Part shown: positions 25,475-38,590 of the stretch, piece after piece
How the letters are laid out: each line of letters opens with the position of its first letter
How positions within the stretch are numbered: position 1 is the first letter of the stretch
Assembly: GCF_030684315.1 (NCBI RefSeq)
Contig: NC_081365.1
Location: 23,314,062-23,378,061 of the forward strand
Source: Stegostoma tigrinum
Taxonomy: Eukaryota
Reading direction: 5' to 3'
DNA length: 64,000 nucleotides
Position numbers and translations under genes: made by a program
The notes under the pieces: generated by a model
Databases searched by the model: none
What the model was told of the DNA's origin: nothing
What the model saw: only the letters and a program-made list of their open reading frames with translations

Positions 25475-27590
25475 ATACTAGGATCTGCTGATGCTGGAGA
25501 ATCTGAGATAACAAGATGTAGAGCTGGATGAACACAGCAGGCCAAGCAACATCAGAGGAGCAGGAAAGCTGATGTTCGGGTCAAGACCCTTCTTCAGAAA
25601 TGGGGGAGGGCAAGGGGATTCAGAAATAAATAGGGAGGGGGTAGCCGGATAGAAGATGGATAGAGGAGAAGATAGGTGAAGAGGAGACGGACAGGTCAAA
25701 GAGGCGGGGATGGAGCTCATAAAGGTGATTGTAGATGGGGAGTTATGGAGGGGAGAGGTCAGTCTGGGGAGGACAGACAGGTCAAGGAGGTGGGATGAGG
25801 CTGGTTGGTAGGTAGGAGATGGGGGTGGGCCTTGAAGTGGGAGGAGTGGGTAGGTGGGAGGCAGGACAGGTTAGGGAGGCACGGATGAGCTGTCCTGGTT
25901 TTGGATGTGGTCAGATGCGGGGAGATTTTGAAGCTTGAAGTCCACAGGGTTCCCAAGCGAAATATGAGTTGCTGTTCCTGCCACCTTTGGGTGGCATTGT
26001 TGTGGCACTGCAGGAGGCCCAGGATGGACATGTTGTCCAAGGAGTGGGAAGGGGAGTTGAAATGGTTCGTGATTGAGAGTTGCAGTCATTTGTCACAAAG
26101 AGTGTAGGTGTTCCGCAAAGCAGTCCCCAAGCCTCCACTTGGCTTCCCTGATGTAGAGCAGGCCACATCGGGAACGACGGATGCAGTATACCACATTAGC
26201 AGATATGCAGGTGAACATCTGTTTGATGTGGAAAGTCTTCTTAGGGCCTGGGATGGGGATGAGTGGGGAGCTGTAGGGGCAGTTTTATACCTGTGGTTGC
26301 AGGAAAAAGTGCCAGGACTGGTGGGGAATGTGGAGCGGACAAGGGAGTCACGGAGCGAGTGGTCCCTCCGGAAAGCCGATAAGGGTGGGGAGGGAAAAAT
26401 GTGAAAAATGCAAGAGACGCGGTTGAGGGTGCTTTCAACCACTGTGCGGGGAGTTGCGGTCCTTGAATCTGCAGTGGTTGAAAACACCCTCAACCGTGTC
26501 TCTTGTATTTCCTGCAACTCACCCCTCACACCCCATCCTTGCAATAGCAACCAAAACAGAATCCCCCTCATCATGTACCACCCCACCAACCTTTGGATCC
26601 AACGCATCATCCTCTGGCATTTCCACCAAATGCAATCTGACCCCACGACCAAAGACATTTTTCCCTCCCCACCCTTATCGGCTTTCCGCAGGGACCGTTC
26701 TGTCTGTGGCTCCCTTGTCCGCTCCACACTCCCCTCCAGCCCCGCCACCACTTTTCCCTGTAACTGCAGGAAGTGCTACACCTGTCCCTACACCTGCTCC
26801 CTCACCCCCATCCCAGGCCCCAAGATGACCTTCCACATCAAACAGATGTTCACCTGCACATCTGCTAATGTGGTATACTGCATCCACTGCTCCCGTGGTT
26901 CTCTCGGACACATCAGGGAAAACCAAGCGGAGGCTTGGGGACTGTTTTATGGAACACCTACACTCTGTTTGTGACAAACAATTGCACCGCTCAGTCGCGA
27001 ACCATTTCAATTCCCCCTCCCACTCCTTGGACAACATGCCCATCCTGGGCTTCCTGCAGTGCCACAACGATGCCATCCAAAGGTTGCAGGAACAGCAACT
27101 CATATTCCGCTTGGGAACCCTGCTGCCCAATGGTATCCATGTGGACTTCACAAGCTTCAAAACCTCCCCTCCCCTGACTGCAATCTCAAAACCAGCCCAG
27201 CTCGTCCCCACTTCCCTAACCTGTCCTTCCTCCCACCTAGCCATTCCTCCTACTTCAAGCCCCACCCCCATCTCCTACCTACTAGCCTCATCCCGCCTCT
27301 TCAACCTGTCTGTCCTCCCTGGACTGACCTATCCCCTCCCTAACTCCCCAGCTGCACTCTCATTTACTGGCTCCAACCCCAACTCTTTAACCTGTCTGTC
27401 TCCTCTCCATTTATCTTCTCCTCTATCCATCTTCTATCCGCCTCCTCCGCCCCTGTCCCTATTTATTTCGGAATCCCCTTCCCCTTCCCCATTTCTGAAG
27501 AAGGGTCTATTCCTGAAACGTCAGCTTTCCTGCTCCTCTGATGCTGCTTGGCCTGCTGCTTTACCAGCTCTGCACCTTGTTATTTTACAT
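25475..27590. mobile_element. Fold-back pair of PLE 3' halves (minus 25475-26450, plus 26468-27590)
   Basis: Both arms encode GIY-YIG remnants and end in the hammerhead-bearing terminus (about 25567-25598 minus, about 27495-27524 plus). Symmetry centre about 26460 (ggttgagggtgctttcaaccactg ... cagtggttgaaaacaccctcaacc). Confidence 0.9.
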
Positions 27591-28499
27591 CAGTATTAGT
27601 TTCCTATTGACTAACACGTTCTGTGCAGCATTAAGTATGAAAGTAGCGTAATGAGGATAGTTTTGGCTGACAGCCAGAATGCCCTTTTAGTTCCATTTTT
27701 TTTAAAATAGAAGGTTTATTACTGTGCTCCAGCCTCCAGCCAATCCAGCAGTTTAACAGTCTGAAGTGGGCATCATCATTGAAACATAGAAAATATGAAC
27801 GTGGTTAGAACATTTGGCCTCTTGAGCCTGCTGCATCATTTAACATCATTGTCCAAATTGATATGCTATATCTAGTTTCTCCCCATGCTCTTTGATCCCT
27901 TTAACCCCGTGAATAAAATCTTATCTCCTTGAAAACATTAAATATTTTGGTCTCAACTGCTTTCTGTATCAGGGAATTCCACAGACTGACCACACCTTGG
28001 GTGAAGAAATTTTTCCTCATATCTGTCCTAAAATGGCTTGTTCCTTATCCTTAAACTGCTAATCCTCAAAGACTAGTGGAATGGAACATGAGAATAGCAG
28101 AACTCTATCATTGTTCGGGGAAAGGGGGAGGGAAAGGTGGAAATTGGAATGAAAGTGCGGCAAAACTGCTGAATTTTTCCATTTCTGTACAAGACCAGAA
28201 AGTAGTACTGACTGCTGTCTATTGGAGAAAGAGTTGTAAGTCAGGATCCAAGTAGGATTTCAGCAAGGAATGTTCTATGTACCTATAAAGAGACAGCATA
28301 GCAGGCACCAATGCAGGTACCCATTGCCACATCTTTTGGCACTGATGGGCATTTGTTGAACAAAAAAAACCCTTCACACCATCCTGATAGTGGTTGGACA
28401 TGTATGGTGTGCATCTATGGTGCAGAGGAGGTGGCTTGAACTTGGAAACTGGAAGTCGTGCTGACATAAAGCATTGGTAGAGTCCCAAAACGTAAATGG

Positions 28500-29480
28500 C
28501 GGGGGGACAAAATCCAGCCAAAAGAGGAAGAAATAAGTTCAGTGAGGCAGGAGGGGCTGGAAGGAAGGGGTATGTGTGGATGGAGGAATTGAGGTAGGAA
28601 GCTTTGCAGTAAATTCTCCAGAGAAAATGACATTATTGACAGTCCAGGAAATTTGACACTCAGTGACGGGGTTACTTTCCACTCTGGAAGATTCATTCCC
28701 TGCCACTTCTGCCACCTCCAGCGATGCCACCATCAAAGATCTTCCTCTTCTCTTCACCAATCCCCACATCAGTGTTCTGCAGGGACTGTTACCCCCATGA
28801 CACGCTGATCCGCTTCCTCCTCAATTCTTAACACTTCCTCACTCCCTCTGGCACCTTGCCATGCAATTGCAGAATGGTTAACACTTGTCCATTCACCACT
28901 TTCCCCTTCATTGTCCAAGGCTTTAAACACGTTGCCTTTGAAACAGTGTTTTACTTGTACTTCTTTCAGTTTAGTTTACCCTATTTGATGCTCAGTGTGG
29001 TTCCCCCTTTTACGTTGGCAAGACCAAATGCATACCACTTTGTGGAACACCTGTCTATAGAAATGGCAATGATCTTCCAGTTGCTTGGCATTTTCAACAA
29101 ACCACCTAGCTCTTGTGCTATCCTTTTGTATGTTAGGCCAGCTGCAGTGTTCCTCAACTTGCTTTACTTCAGCATTTCAGACCCTGACTCCGTGATGTCT
29201 GTCCTCCATTTCTCTTAAATTCTCTCTTTCCCCTCCAGCCCCCAACCCCCACAGCTTATCTTGTTTACTTTGCTCAACCAAGGGGACTGATTATCACCCT
29301 GAATTTACATCCACTTTATATATCAATTTCTCTTTTGCCCTAATTAGCAACCCCTTCTGGCTTTTGCACTGGGCTTCCACTTAGTTTGTTCCTCTAACTC
29401 TGCAAAAAGTATAAAAACCACCATTTTCTGACCACTGTCAGTGATGAAACTTGTTGTTATGGACTCAACGTTAACACAAA
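28500..29480. mobile_element. Old PLE remnants, partly inverted
   Basis: Degenerate GTLPCNCRMVNTCPF linker and HFVEHL motif (28856-29218) preceded by minus-strand PLE sequence. Confidence 0.55.
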
Positions 29481-29969
29481 TGGAATAAAGTGATCAAGAA
29501 GCCACAAGTAATAAGTGCTTGAAATGTGTTGCCAGAAATGATGGTAGAAACAGATAGAATAGCAACATTTAAGAGGCACTTTTGAAAGATACATAAATAC
29601 GTAGGGTACAGAGGGATATGGACTACGTGGAGGCAAGGGGTTTTAAATTTAGAAAGACATCATGTTGGGCGCTGGCTGGGTGACCCAAGGGGAGGATCTC
29701 CTCACCCACAAAGTAACCCATGGAATAATGCAAACAAATTGACCTCTGCTCTGCAGTTGTTTTGAAACTGGTCACTAGAATTGTGGGTGAGAGCACATGA
29801 ATAAAAGTATTTTTTTGTTCCACAGCCCCCTCTCCCCACTGAAGTGTTATACTCTGCCTATAACATCGAAAATGAACAGTTTTTAAATGGTGATGAACTC
29901 TCTTACAATTGAACTACAAGCCTAATGAATGCCAAACTCCTGGCATGTAAAGTATCATAATCTGATCCT

Positions 29970-30312
29970 AGAGATAGTAGGAACTGCAGATGCTGGAGAA
30001 TCTGGGATAACAAGGTGTAGAGATAAAAGTGTGGAGCTGGATGAACACAGCAGGCCAAGCAGCATCTTAGGAGCTCAAAAGCTAACATTTCGGGCCTAGA
30101 ATCCACAGACCTAGGTAAATGTTCTGGCGACTTGGTTCAAATCCTGCCAAGGCAGATGGTGGAATGTGACTTAAGGAAGGCAATAACAAGGTGTAGAGCT
30201 GGATGAACACAGCAGGCTCTGAAGAGGGGTCTAGGCCCGAAACGCCAGCCTTCCTGCTCCTCTGATGCTGCTTGGCCTTCTGTGTTCAAACAGCTCTACA
30301 CCACCTTGTTAT
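29970..30312. mobile_element. PLE terminus fragment plus hairpin derivative
   Basis: Arms taacaaggtgtagagctg / cagctctacacc-accttgtta enclose CTGAAGA-GGGGTCTAGGCCC-GAAACGCC at 30219-30246 (cleavage triplet mutated to GCC). Confidence 0.75.
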
Positions 30313-30464
30313 AATATGATTCCATGCTACTTACAGAAAGTTTCTACACTATGTGGGATGAAATTGACAAGTCCATTTATGTGCTGGTACAAACTGCTTT
30401 ATTAAATTAGAGATCAAAATAATAATTTTCTAAAGAAGCCCTGCTGATACATAAGCTGACGCTG

Positions 30465-30484
30465 CCCCCCCCCCCCCCCCCCCC
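30465..30484 (+). repeat. C20 homopolymer (G20 on minus; G-quadruplex potential)
   Basis: 20 consecutive C. Confidence 0.9.
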
Positions 30485-30984
30485 GGAAAAAATCAGTACC
30501 CAAATAAGGAAATGTTTTAGGTTCTTCTAAAGTGCTGTCATCAATGCATGCATTTCAATGATGCCTTGTAGAATAGTGAAAAGACTTGAGGCCTTCAAAG
30601 GTAGATGACAGACTTGACTTGTGTGGTGGTGGGGAAAAAGAAGTGAAAGAAACTTTGAAGTCTAAGAGGTGCCTGATGCAGGAGTGTTTAGTGTGACTTA
30701 GATTGGAGGTCGCCTGTATGAAAGTAGAGAAACACGATGTAGGAGAATTGAAAGATTGGAGAGCAAGAGCTTAGACTTAATTTGCAACCTAATTGATTCC
30801 TCTTTGCCTACTGACATAGTTAATTTGCAACTGTTGCATAATCAGAAATTTGAAAAGATGAATGATCAAATGTTGTTAACCCTCTGTAATTAAAAGCCAG
30901 AAAAATCATTTGCAAAGTTTGACTTGTATGTTGAACCTTCAGTAATAATTTAATACCTTAACAAAGTAACAAAATACGTTAGAA

Positions 30985-31645
30985 CATAGAACCATACAGC
31001 ACAGGAACGGGCCCTTTGGCCCACAGTGAGTCAAACGTGACTCTAAATGTAACTAATCTCTCCTTCCTTCCCTTGCTCCTTGTCCCTCCATTCCTTGCAC
31101 ATTCATGTGCTTATCTAAAAGTCCCTTAAATGCCTTTTTATTGTATTTACCTACCCCAGCACCACTGGCAGTGTGTTCTAAACTGCTCCTAGTTCCCCTG
31201 TTTTTTTAAAAAAAGCCTGCATCTCGCATCTCCTCTTTGATTTTTATTTCTCCCGCCCCCTCACCTTTTAAATGCATGCCTCCTAGTATTAGACATTTCA
31301 CCTCTGGTGAAAAGATTCTGACTGTCAACCCACTCTATGCATCGCCATAATTTTGTAAACTTCTTCAAGTTTCCCCTCAGCCTTCACTGCTCAAGAAAAC
31401 GACCTGAGCTTTTCTAACTTTTATAGCTCCTATCCTCTAATCCAGGCAGCATCCCTGGTAAACCTCTTCTCTATCCTGTCCAAAGCCTCCACTTCCTTCC
31501 TGCAATGTGGCAAACAGAACTGAGCACAATAGTCTGAGTGAGGCCTCACCTGCAACATGTCATCCTGGCTCTTGTACTCAGTTCCTCAACCAATAAAGGC
31601 AGGCATACCATATTCCTTCTTTACCACCCTATCTATTTATGTGTG
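30985..31645 (-). mobile_element. CR1-like LINE 3' fragment
   Basis: agaacatagaaccatacagcacaggaacgggccctt tail and atccctggtaaacctcttctctatcctgtccaaagc (reverse: ALDRIEKRFTR). Confidence 0.7.
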
Positions 31646-33559
31646 AACTTTTTATTTCTCATGCATGTACGTTCTCTAGTCCTAATAAAAAAAACACTGA
31701 ATGTGTTTTTTGAAAGTGTTGATGCTTTTTATGTGATGGCAAATAAATTTTGAGGCATCTTCCTGGACTGGTTTGTTAGACTGTCATTAACTAGTTGAAA
31801 GGCACTAACTAGCTACCTGCATTGCAAGGTAAACAAAAAAACATGTTTGATAATTTAAGTGACTGGAGTTGTTTCTCACCATTCCAAAATGTTTGTTTAT
31901 GTCCTTTCTCTCCCTTTTATTTGTAGTGTCTTATTGGTGAGCACTTAGGAGAATATAATTGCCAAATTTTGATTTTTTTTTTAATGATATTATTTAGGTT
32001 TTGTTTTTGCTGAAGTTCATTGTGCTGTAAAAGGAAGTTTGTTCCACAGTTTAAAATAGTCATTATGTCCAATGTCAAGGTCCAATGCATGTTTTGAAGA
32101 ACTACATTGTGCCTATATTTGCTCAGTTGATTGTGAAGAGGTAACGAGCTAGTACAGTAAATAGTTGCTGGTGCAGCCATCGCATGTTTTGCTCACTAGT
32201 TAATCCTTGAAAATTTTAAGGCAGATAGGGAGAAGCCGAACATTGGAATCTCACTTGTAAGGGAGTTGAGAAGAGAATATAAGTTTGATCCAGTTGCCTG
32301 GATTTTGGGAAGCTGCCATTGAAGAAATCCGTCCATCAAATTTGAGCAGCTGCCAGTTGTGTGGATTACATTTTTAATTATATAAATTTCATTCCCGTGT
32401 CATTTTTTTAAAATGTTAAGGTGGCACCTGGTGTCCAGTGAGCGTGATGTCAATAAGAGAGTTCTCATGGACAGAAATCCAGGAAGTAAAATGCACCAAT
32501 TATCTTTCATAACTGGTAAAATCATTGAAAGTTAAATGAGATGTAGGATTAAGTTAGAAGTGGAAATATCTAACTTCAGAATGTAATTATTCTAGCCACT
32601 TAATTTAAATGAAAGAAATTTGACATTGCACAAAATTTAATGTGAGTTTATTGAGTCAGAAGTCCACCCTTTGCACAATCCTTTGGGATACTTGTCACTC
32701 AGAATGTGATAGTACCTGTGGTTAGTGAAACAGTTGTGCTAAATGCATTCATGTTGAGTGGAAGTTGATACCAACCAAGTTTGATGCTTTGTATGAAACC
32801 TAGGTCTTGTTTTTTTTTGTTGACTTTGATCAAGTCTTGGTGAAAATGAATTGATTTGATTTTAAAATATTTCAATTGTCTCAACTTCTCGTAACACTTG
32901 TACTTGACCCATCTGCAAAACTTCTGTTTCCTCCAGTGGAATTTTTGCATTTACTGAAATTAATGCACAGTAGAATTATTTTCCTGTAAGAGAGACTATA
33001 AAATTTGTTGTCCACAATATGTATATTAGAATAAAAACACTTGATACTTGAAAAGGCATTTTCCCAAGTGCTTGAAGTCTTGTTGCAGTTGCTTCCTGAT
33101 TGCTGAGATTTTCTTTCTGGGAGGGTCTAACAGTATTAAGTACTATTGAATGCTTGAGAATATGCCGGCTATTGTATGCATTAAGGAACAAAATTTGCTT
33201 TTGGGAAAACAATGAGGAGCAGGAAAAGAAACCTCCTAATTTGAAAAAGTTAATATCTTTCTTTTGAAAACTATGCACAGAAATCCCAATGGGACCAATT
33301 TGACCTTCAGGAACATTTAAAGCCTGTTTTGCCAATAAGACCCAATATTTTATTTACTGTTTTCCACTGTAGCCAAACATCAGTCTCCAAGCTGCACTTC
33401 TGGCATGACACACCTGGTCTCTCTGCTGCAAAAGCAAAATCAGTTCCTTGTCGTGCTTATAGATTCCAACATAGTCAAAACAAACGTATTCCTGCAAATG
33501 AAGAAGCTAGTTATGCGATTGTATTCTTTTCTTGTTCATGGGATGTGGATAACATTGGC

Positions 33560-34400
33560 ATTGCCAAGCTCAGCAGGTCTGGCTGGGATGTAAGGAGAAG
33601 TAAACAATGGGTGCAGGTGGAGCTCACAGACAGAGATACAGCATAAAAGAATGGGTAAAGGTCAGTCTGGAAGAAGTAGTAGCTGACAGTGGGTTGGTTG
33701 TGGTAGCAGCCTATGTCTGGACAAGGTGTAGTGCACAGGAACTGGGGTAAGGACATGGGAGAAGGTGCCCAGGCCCTAACTATTTGAACTGTATTGAGCC
33801 TTGATGGTTGCGGGGTGCCCAACCAGAAAATAAGATGCCACTCTTGAAAATCGTGCTGAGCTTTGCTGGAGTGCTGTAGAAAACTTGAGATGTTGGTGAG
33901 GGAACACTATTGTTTTCAAGTGGCAGGCAAAGGGAAGTTGAGTCATCTTTGTGGACAGAATGTAGGTGTTCAGCAAATGTTGACTCCGTCTACGTTTAGA
34001 CCGCTCTCCTCAATGCAGAGCAGGCCACGTTGTGAGCACTAAATACAGAAAACTAGATTGCATTAAATGCAGGTAAATTGCTGCTTCACCTGGAAGATGT
34101 TTTGGGCTACCAATATCCATTGCCTATACATCCTCACACCCCGCTTCCTGAAAAGAGTCTATTCCATTCTCCCATTTTCTCAGTCTCCATTGCATCTGTT
34201 CCACTGATAGCGGCTTTTAAAATGATGCCTTACAAAATGCCCACCTCCTTCCTTCACCAAAGATTTCCCATCGCTTTAATGGACAAGTACCTCGGCCATG
34301 TCCGACCACCTCCCATACTGCAGGGAGAAGGGAGGAAGTAAATCAACAGTTATTACACCTTCTGCAATTGCATTGGAAGGTGCCATGTGGTAATTGGGAG
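33560..34400. mobile_element. Decayed PLE fragments in both orientations
   Basis: Minus-strand GIY-YIG remnant (LGTPQPSRLN) and plus-strand KSLFHSPIFSVSIAS RT-thumb-like remnant. Confidence 0.6.
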
Positions 34401-35222
34401 GGGAGGAAGAAGGAATGGTCCTTGTCAGCCTTCTGCAAAGGATGGGAGAAGAACATGTCTAATAATTTTGGAACATAAGTTTTTTTTTTCATTACTGAAG
34501 CTAGGATGCTGTTGGGTACTATGGTCTTTTCACGTATTCCGATTGATACATCTTTCCCCATTTCGCCCCCACCCCCCAAAAAAGTCATTACATTGCATGT
34601 AATTGATCCAATTTCGGCATTTATGAATTTTGTGACCTCAAGAAAAAGTTTGAGATCGATTGAATGGTGGAGCAGATTTGATGGACTGAATGGCTTATTT
34701 TGGCTCCTACATTTATGGTTATATCATCTTAACTCCGTTTTTGGTGTAGGTCTACAGCTGTCAATGAGGAGGACTGCTCAAGGTTGACTGATATACCTTT
34801 TTGTCATGCCTGGGTCAATTGGCCCAGACATTAATGTAGTACTTTGTAAATGGAATTAAAATTTTGCATTTGTTTATTGCAAGTTATCTGATAGTACTCA
34901 CTTTTCTGTTCAGTTTTTTCCAATTCAGAAAATTTGTTTTTTTAAATTTAAATTCCTGGGGCAAAAGTCAGATTAGAAAGCTACCTAATTTGAATAATTG
35001 AGACCAATGGAACACAGGGAATGGGAAAATCCAGCATTCAGTCCAACTGTAAAGTAGATTTGGCCCCTAATTTCAGTTCAACAATGAAGCATGGCCAGAG
35101 GGATTATTTTTCCTAACGGTATGGTATATTTCTTTCCTTTAGTGAAACTCAAACACAATCAGAAGATTTGAGGATTACGTTGAAGTCCAGTGAAAAGCAT
35201 ACAGTCCAAACAGCAGTTTGAG

Positions 35223-35321
35223 ATGGCAGGATTTCTGGACAATTTTCGCTGGCCGGAATTTGAATGTTTTGACTGGGGAGAAAGCAGAAATGCAGTTGCT
35301 TCTATCGTAGCTGGGGTGTTG
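35223..35321 (+). CDS. TMEM50B: TMEM50B coding exon 1 (whole exon 35143-35321)
   Basis: [33 protein letters not shown] matches the TMEM50B N-terminus. Acceptor ctttag at 35142, donor GTAAGT at 35322; 99 coding nt, phase 0. Confidence 0.95.
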
Positions 35322-35859
35322 GTAAGTTCTGTGAACAAGTGACTATTATTTCAAAGCCTCATTTTGGAGATGATTCTAAAATTACTATTTTCTTCTCAAA
35401 AATACTGCACTAGTGATCCACTGCAAGAAATGATTTTCTTGACAGTGTGATACATAAATAATTGTGACATGCTAACAGCTTATTTAACACAATCAGTCCC
35501 TGTGAAATATAAATGTTACATGAACAAATGCTATTTATCATCCTTATTTGCCTGTTACTGGATGTATTTTTTATATCTTTTTCAATGCAGTCTTGTGGAG
35601 GTTTGAGATCCACAAAATGTAGCTTTTCTGAAAGGAACCTTAGCTTCCTCATAACTGTGACCATGACTAATGCAGAACATCTTTTAATAAAGCAAAATAT
35701 CAGGTGTCACTTCATGCGAATAATGTCGAATTTTGATCGATAAGTGCCATCAGCTGATATTAGGAAAGTGACACAGTTGATTTGGAGGTAAATATAAAGG
35801 AACGGAGCAAAATTAGGGCGGAATTAGAGTTTGGTCCCTTTGCAGCTGAAGCAAAATAA

Positions 35860-36905
35860 GATTTAGGTCCATGGCCATTCAAGCCTGCTCCATCTTTCAA
35901 TGAAGTTACAGCTAAATTGGTTGTGGTTCAGCTTGGTTTTCCTTCATACACTTCCCCAAAACCTTTGCCTACCTTACTTATCAAGAATGTATCCAACTCA
36001 ACCTTGAATAAATTTTGTGATCTTGCCTCTGCTGTTCACCAGAGAAGAGAATTCCACAGATCAATAGCAATCTGAGAGGAGAAAAAAAATTCATTTTCAT
36101 CTTAAATGGGGGATTTTTTTTTTGAATGGCCCTGTAGACTTTTCATTAGAGAAAACATCTTACTTATCAAGTGGCCTGAGGATCTCCAATAAAATCACTC
36201 CTTGTTATTGTAAACACTAATTGATGTTGGTTAAACATGTAAAACCTTTTTTCATTAGGTATGCCCTTCATCCCAGAACTGAGTCAAATGAACCTTCTTT
36301 GAACAGCTTCTAATGCATTTATTTCCTTTTTCTATTTAATTTTAAGGAAAGAATGGGTGTACGTACAACTGCAAATGCAGTCTCACCAAGGCCTTAAACA
36401 ACCGTGGCAAAATGCTCTCCGTTTTATGTTCTACTTCCCTTGCAGCGTTCCATTGACCTTGCCAGTCACTTTGCTGTCACCATGCATGTGATCCATGGTG
36501 CCAGAGTACCCTGATTGTTCTATAGCGCAGAGTTCTGCAATCTTCTTCACTCCCTGTCCGTATTACCAACTTTGCTCCCATTTACTTAACTAGTCTGTAT
36601 CCCTTTTCACATTCTTTGTCCTCTTCACAGTTACTCATTGCCTGTCTTGGTGGCACTTGGCAAACTTAATTGTCATACATTGCGACCTTTCATTCAAACC
36701 ATTTGTGTGAACTCCAAATAGTTGAGCTCCCAGCACTGACTTCTGCAGCACTCCATCTTGCAGCTTGGCAACCTAAAAATAACGCACACTTTTTAAATTC
36801 AGCTTTCATTTAGCCAACCAATCCTTTTTGTCCATTTCTAGTATCTCTACTGGATGAACTCTCATGTCGTGTATTACCTTTTTTAATATGGCATCTTATC
36901 AAGTG
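35860..36905 (-). mobile_element. Old CR1-like LINE remnant
   Basis: Degenerate CR1 3' UTR and RT (ttggtggcacttggcaaactt = KFAKCHQ, a decayed KFADDTK). Confidence 0.55.
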
Positions 36906-38266
36906 AGCGTTGGCATGACCATCAATGATGGGAAGAAGAAAACCAGGCCTGCCTGCAAGAGCCCAGAATTAGATGATCATGGAGATTTTGTAGAGCTGGA
37001 GGAGATTTATGGAAATGGACAGGGATAGAGCAGCTATTCTGTTCATTTGTCTGAAGAAGAAAACATTCTGAAGTAGTTGCAAGAGAAACAAGTTTCCCTT
37101 CAGACAGATGTTGGTGGACAGGGGACTAGGGTTGGCAAGTGAGCATGGGAGACAAGTTAGAATGCAGGGAATATTTGAGCTCCAGGTTTAAGATCAAGAT
37201 TTTGAGGATGCAAGTCTGAGACCAGCCTGGGAGAAAACTGGAATAGTTAAGTATAGAGGTAACAAAGACACAGTTGTATTAACTTTATTGTCACATACTC
37301 AAATGTATCAGTGTCATCTTAGCTACAAAGATACCAAATTTGTCAGAAACGAAAAAGAATTAAAGAAATAAATAGTTCAACATTACAGGTTATAGGAATA
37401 AATTAGAAAAATAAAGGACTATAAGAAGTTCAGAATATGAGTCTTCCAAACCTGTTCGTGCTGGCACCTTGCCTCAAGGGAGACATCTATTGCTTCGTCA
37501 CTGCCTGTCTGCACTGTGTCTCTGAGTAAGCTTGTCAGCTAAAAACAATATTGTGGAAGTAGTTGTGGTAACAGGATATAAGATGAAGAACTTAACACCA
37601 GGTCAATAAGACTGGCAATTATTGCCAGGTTTGGCCTCGGATGAGACTTGGGAGAGGATACAAAAATATTTTGGCACTGAGGATATCAAGGATTTTGGGA
37701 TGGACCAGCAAAGTAGAGATAATGTACATGATCAGTCATAATAATGAATGCTGGAGCAGATTCAAAGAAATCTTCTATTCCTCATGATCTTTTAAAGTAT
37801 CAGCATGGATAGGGAATGGAGTTTGTGGCAAGAATCAAAGATAATAGCTTTTGGTCTTCCCAGTATTTAATCAGAGGAAATTTCTGCTTACTGGATGTTG
37901 AGCAAACAGCATGACATGAGATGGTGGAAAAGTTGAGGTGAAGAATTTCAGCTGTGTCCTCCATGTATGTAGTTACAGTCATACAGCATGAAAGCAGATC
38001 CTTTAGTCCAACGGGTCCATGCTAATGAAGTTTCCGAAACTGAAGCAGTCTCATTTGTCAGCATTTCACCCAAATTGCTTTAGACTTTGAGAGAGCATGA
38101 ACTGCAGATGCTGGAGTCAGAGTGATGAAGGGTATAAACCCAAGACATTTACTTTCCTGCTCCTGTGATGCTACCTGATCTGCTGTATCCTTCTCTCTTT
38201 TTTTTTAAGATACCTGTCCAACTGTCTTTTAAGTGTTGCGACTGTACCTGCATCTACCACTTCCTG

Positions 38267-38590
38267 TGGTGGCTTGTTGGCTCAGGTGGTTAGCACTGCT
38301 GCCTCACAGCGCCAGGGACTCTGGTTCAATTCCACTCATGGGCTACTGTCTGTGTGGAGTTTGCACATTCTCCTCATGTCGTCTTGGATTTCCTCCCAGG
38401 TGCTCTGGTTTTTTCCCGTAGTCAAACGATGTGCAGGCTGGGTGAATTAGCCATGCTAAATTGCCCATAGTGTTCAGGGATTTGTAGATTTAGGTGGGTT
38501 CTAGGAGGATGGGTCTGGGTGGAATGCTGAGAGTGTCAGTGTGGACTTGTTGGGCCAAAGGGCCGGTTTCCAAACTTTAGGGATTCTGTG
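38267..38590 (+). mobile_element. HE1/V-SINE-type SINE within a CR1 fragment
   Basis: Same head and core as the other copies; flanked by minus-strand CR1 RT remnant (VLQGSALGPLLFVIYI, 38779-38994). Confidence 0.8.

Noticed and set aside
22709-27599. Many overlapping antisense ORFs of 100-220 aa
   Set aside because: They are shadow frames of C-rich, stop-poor Penelope sequence.
31850-33500. Repeat-poor intronic stretch as a conserved element or ncRNA
   Set aside because: No motif or structure can be supported without cross-species alignment.
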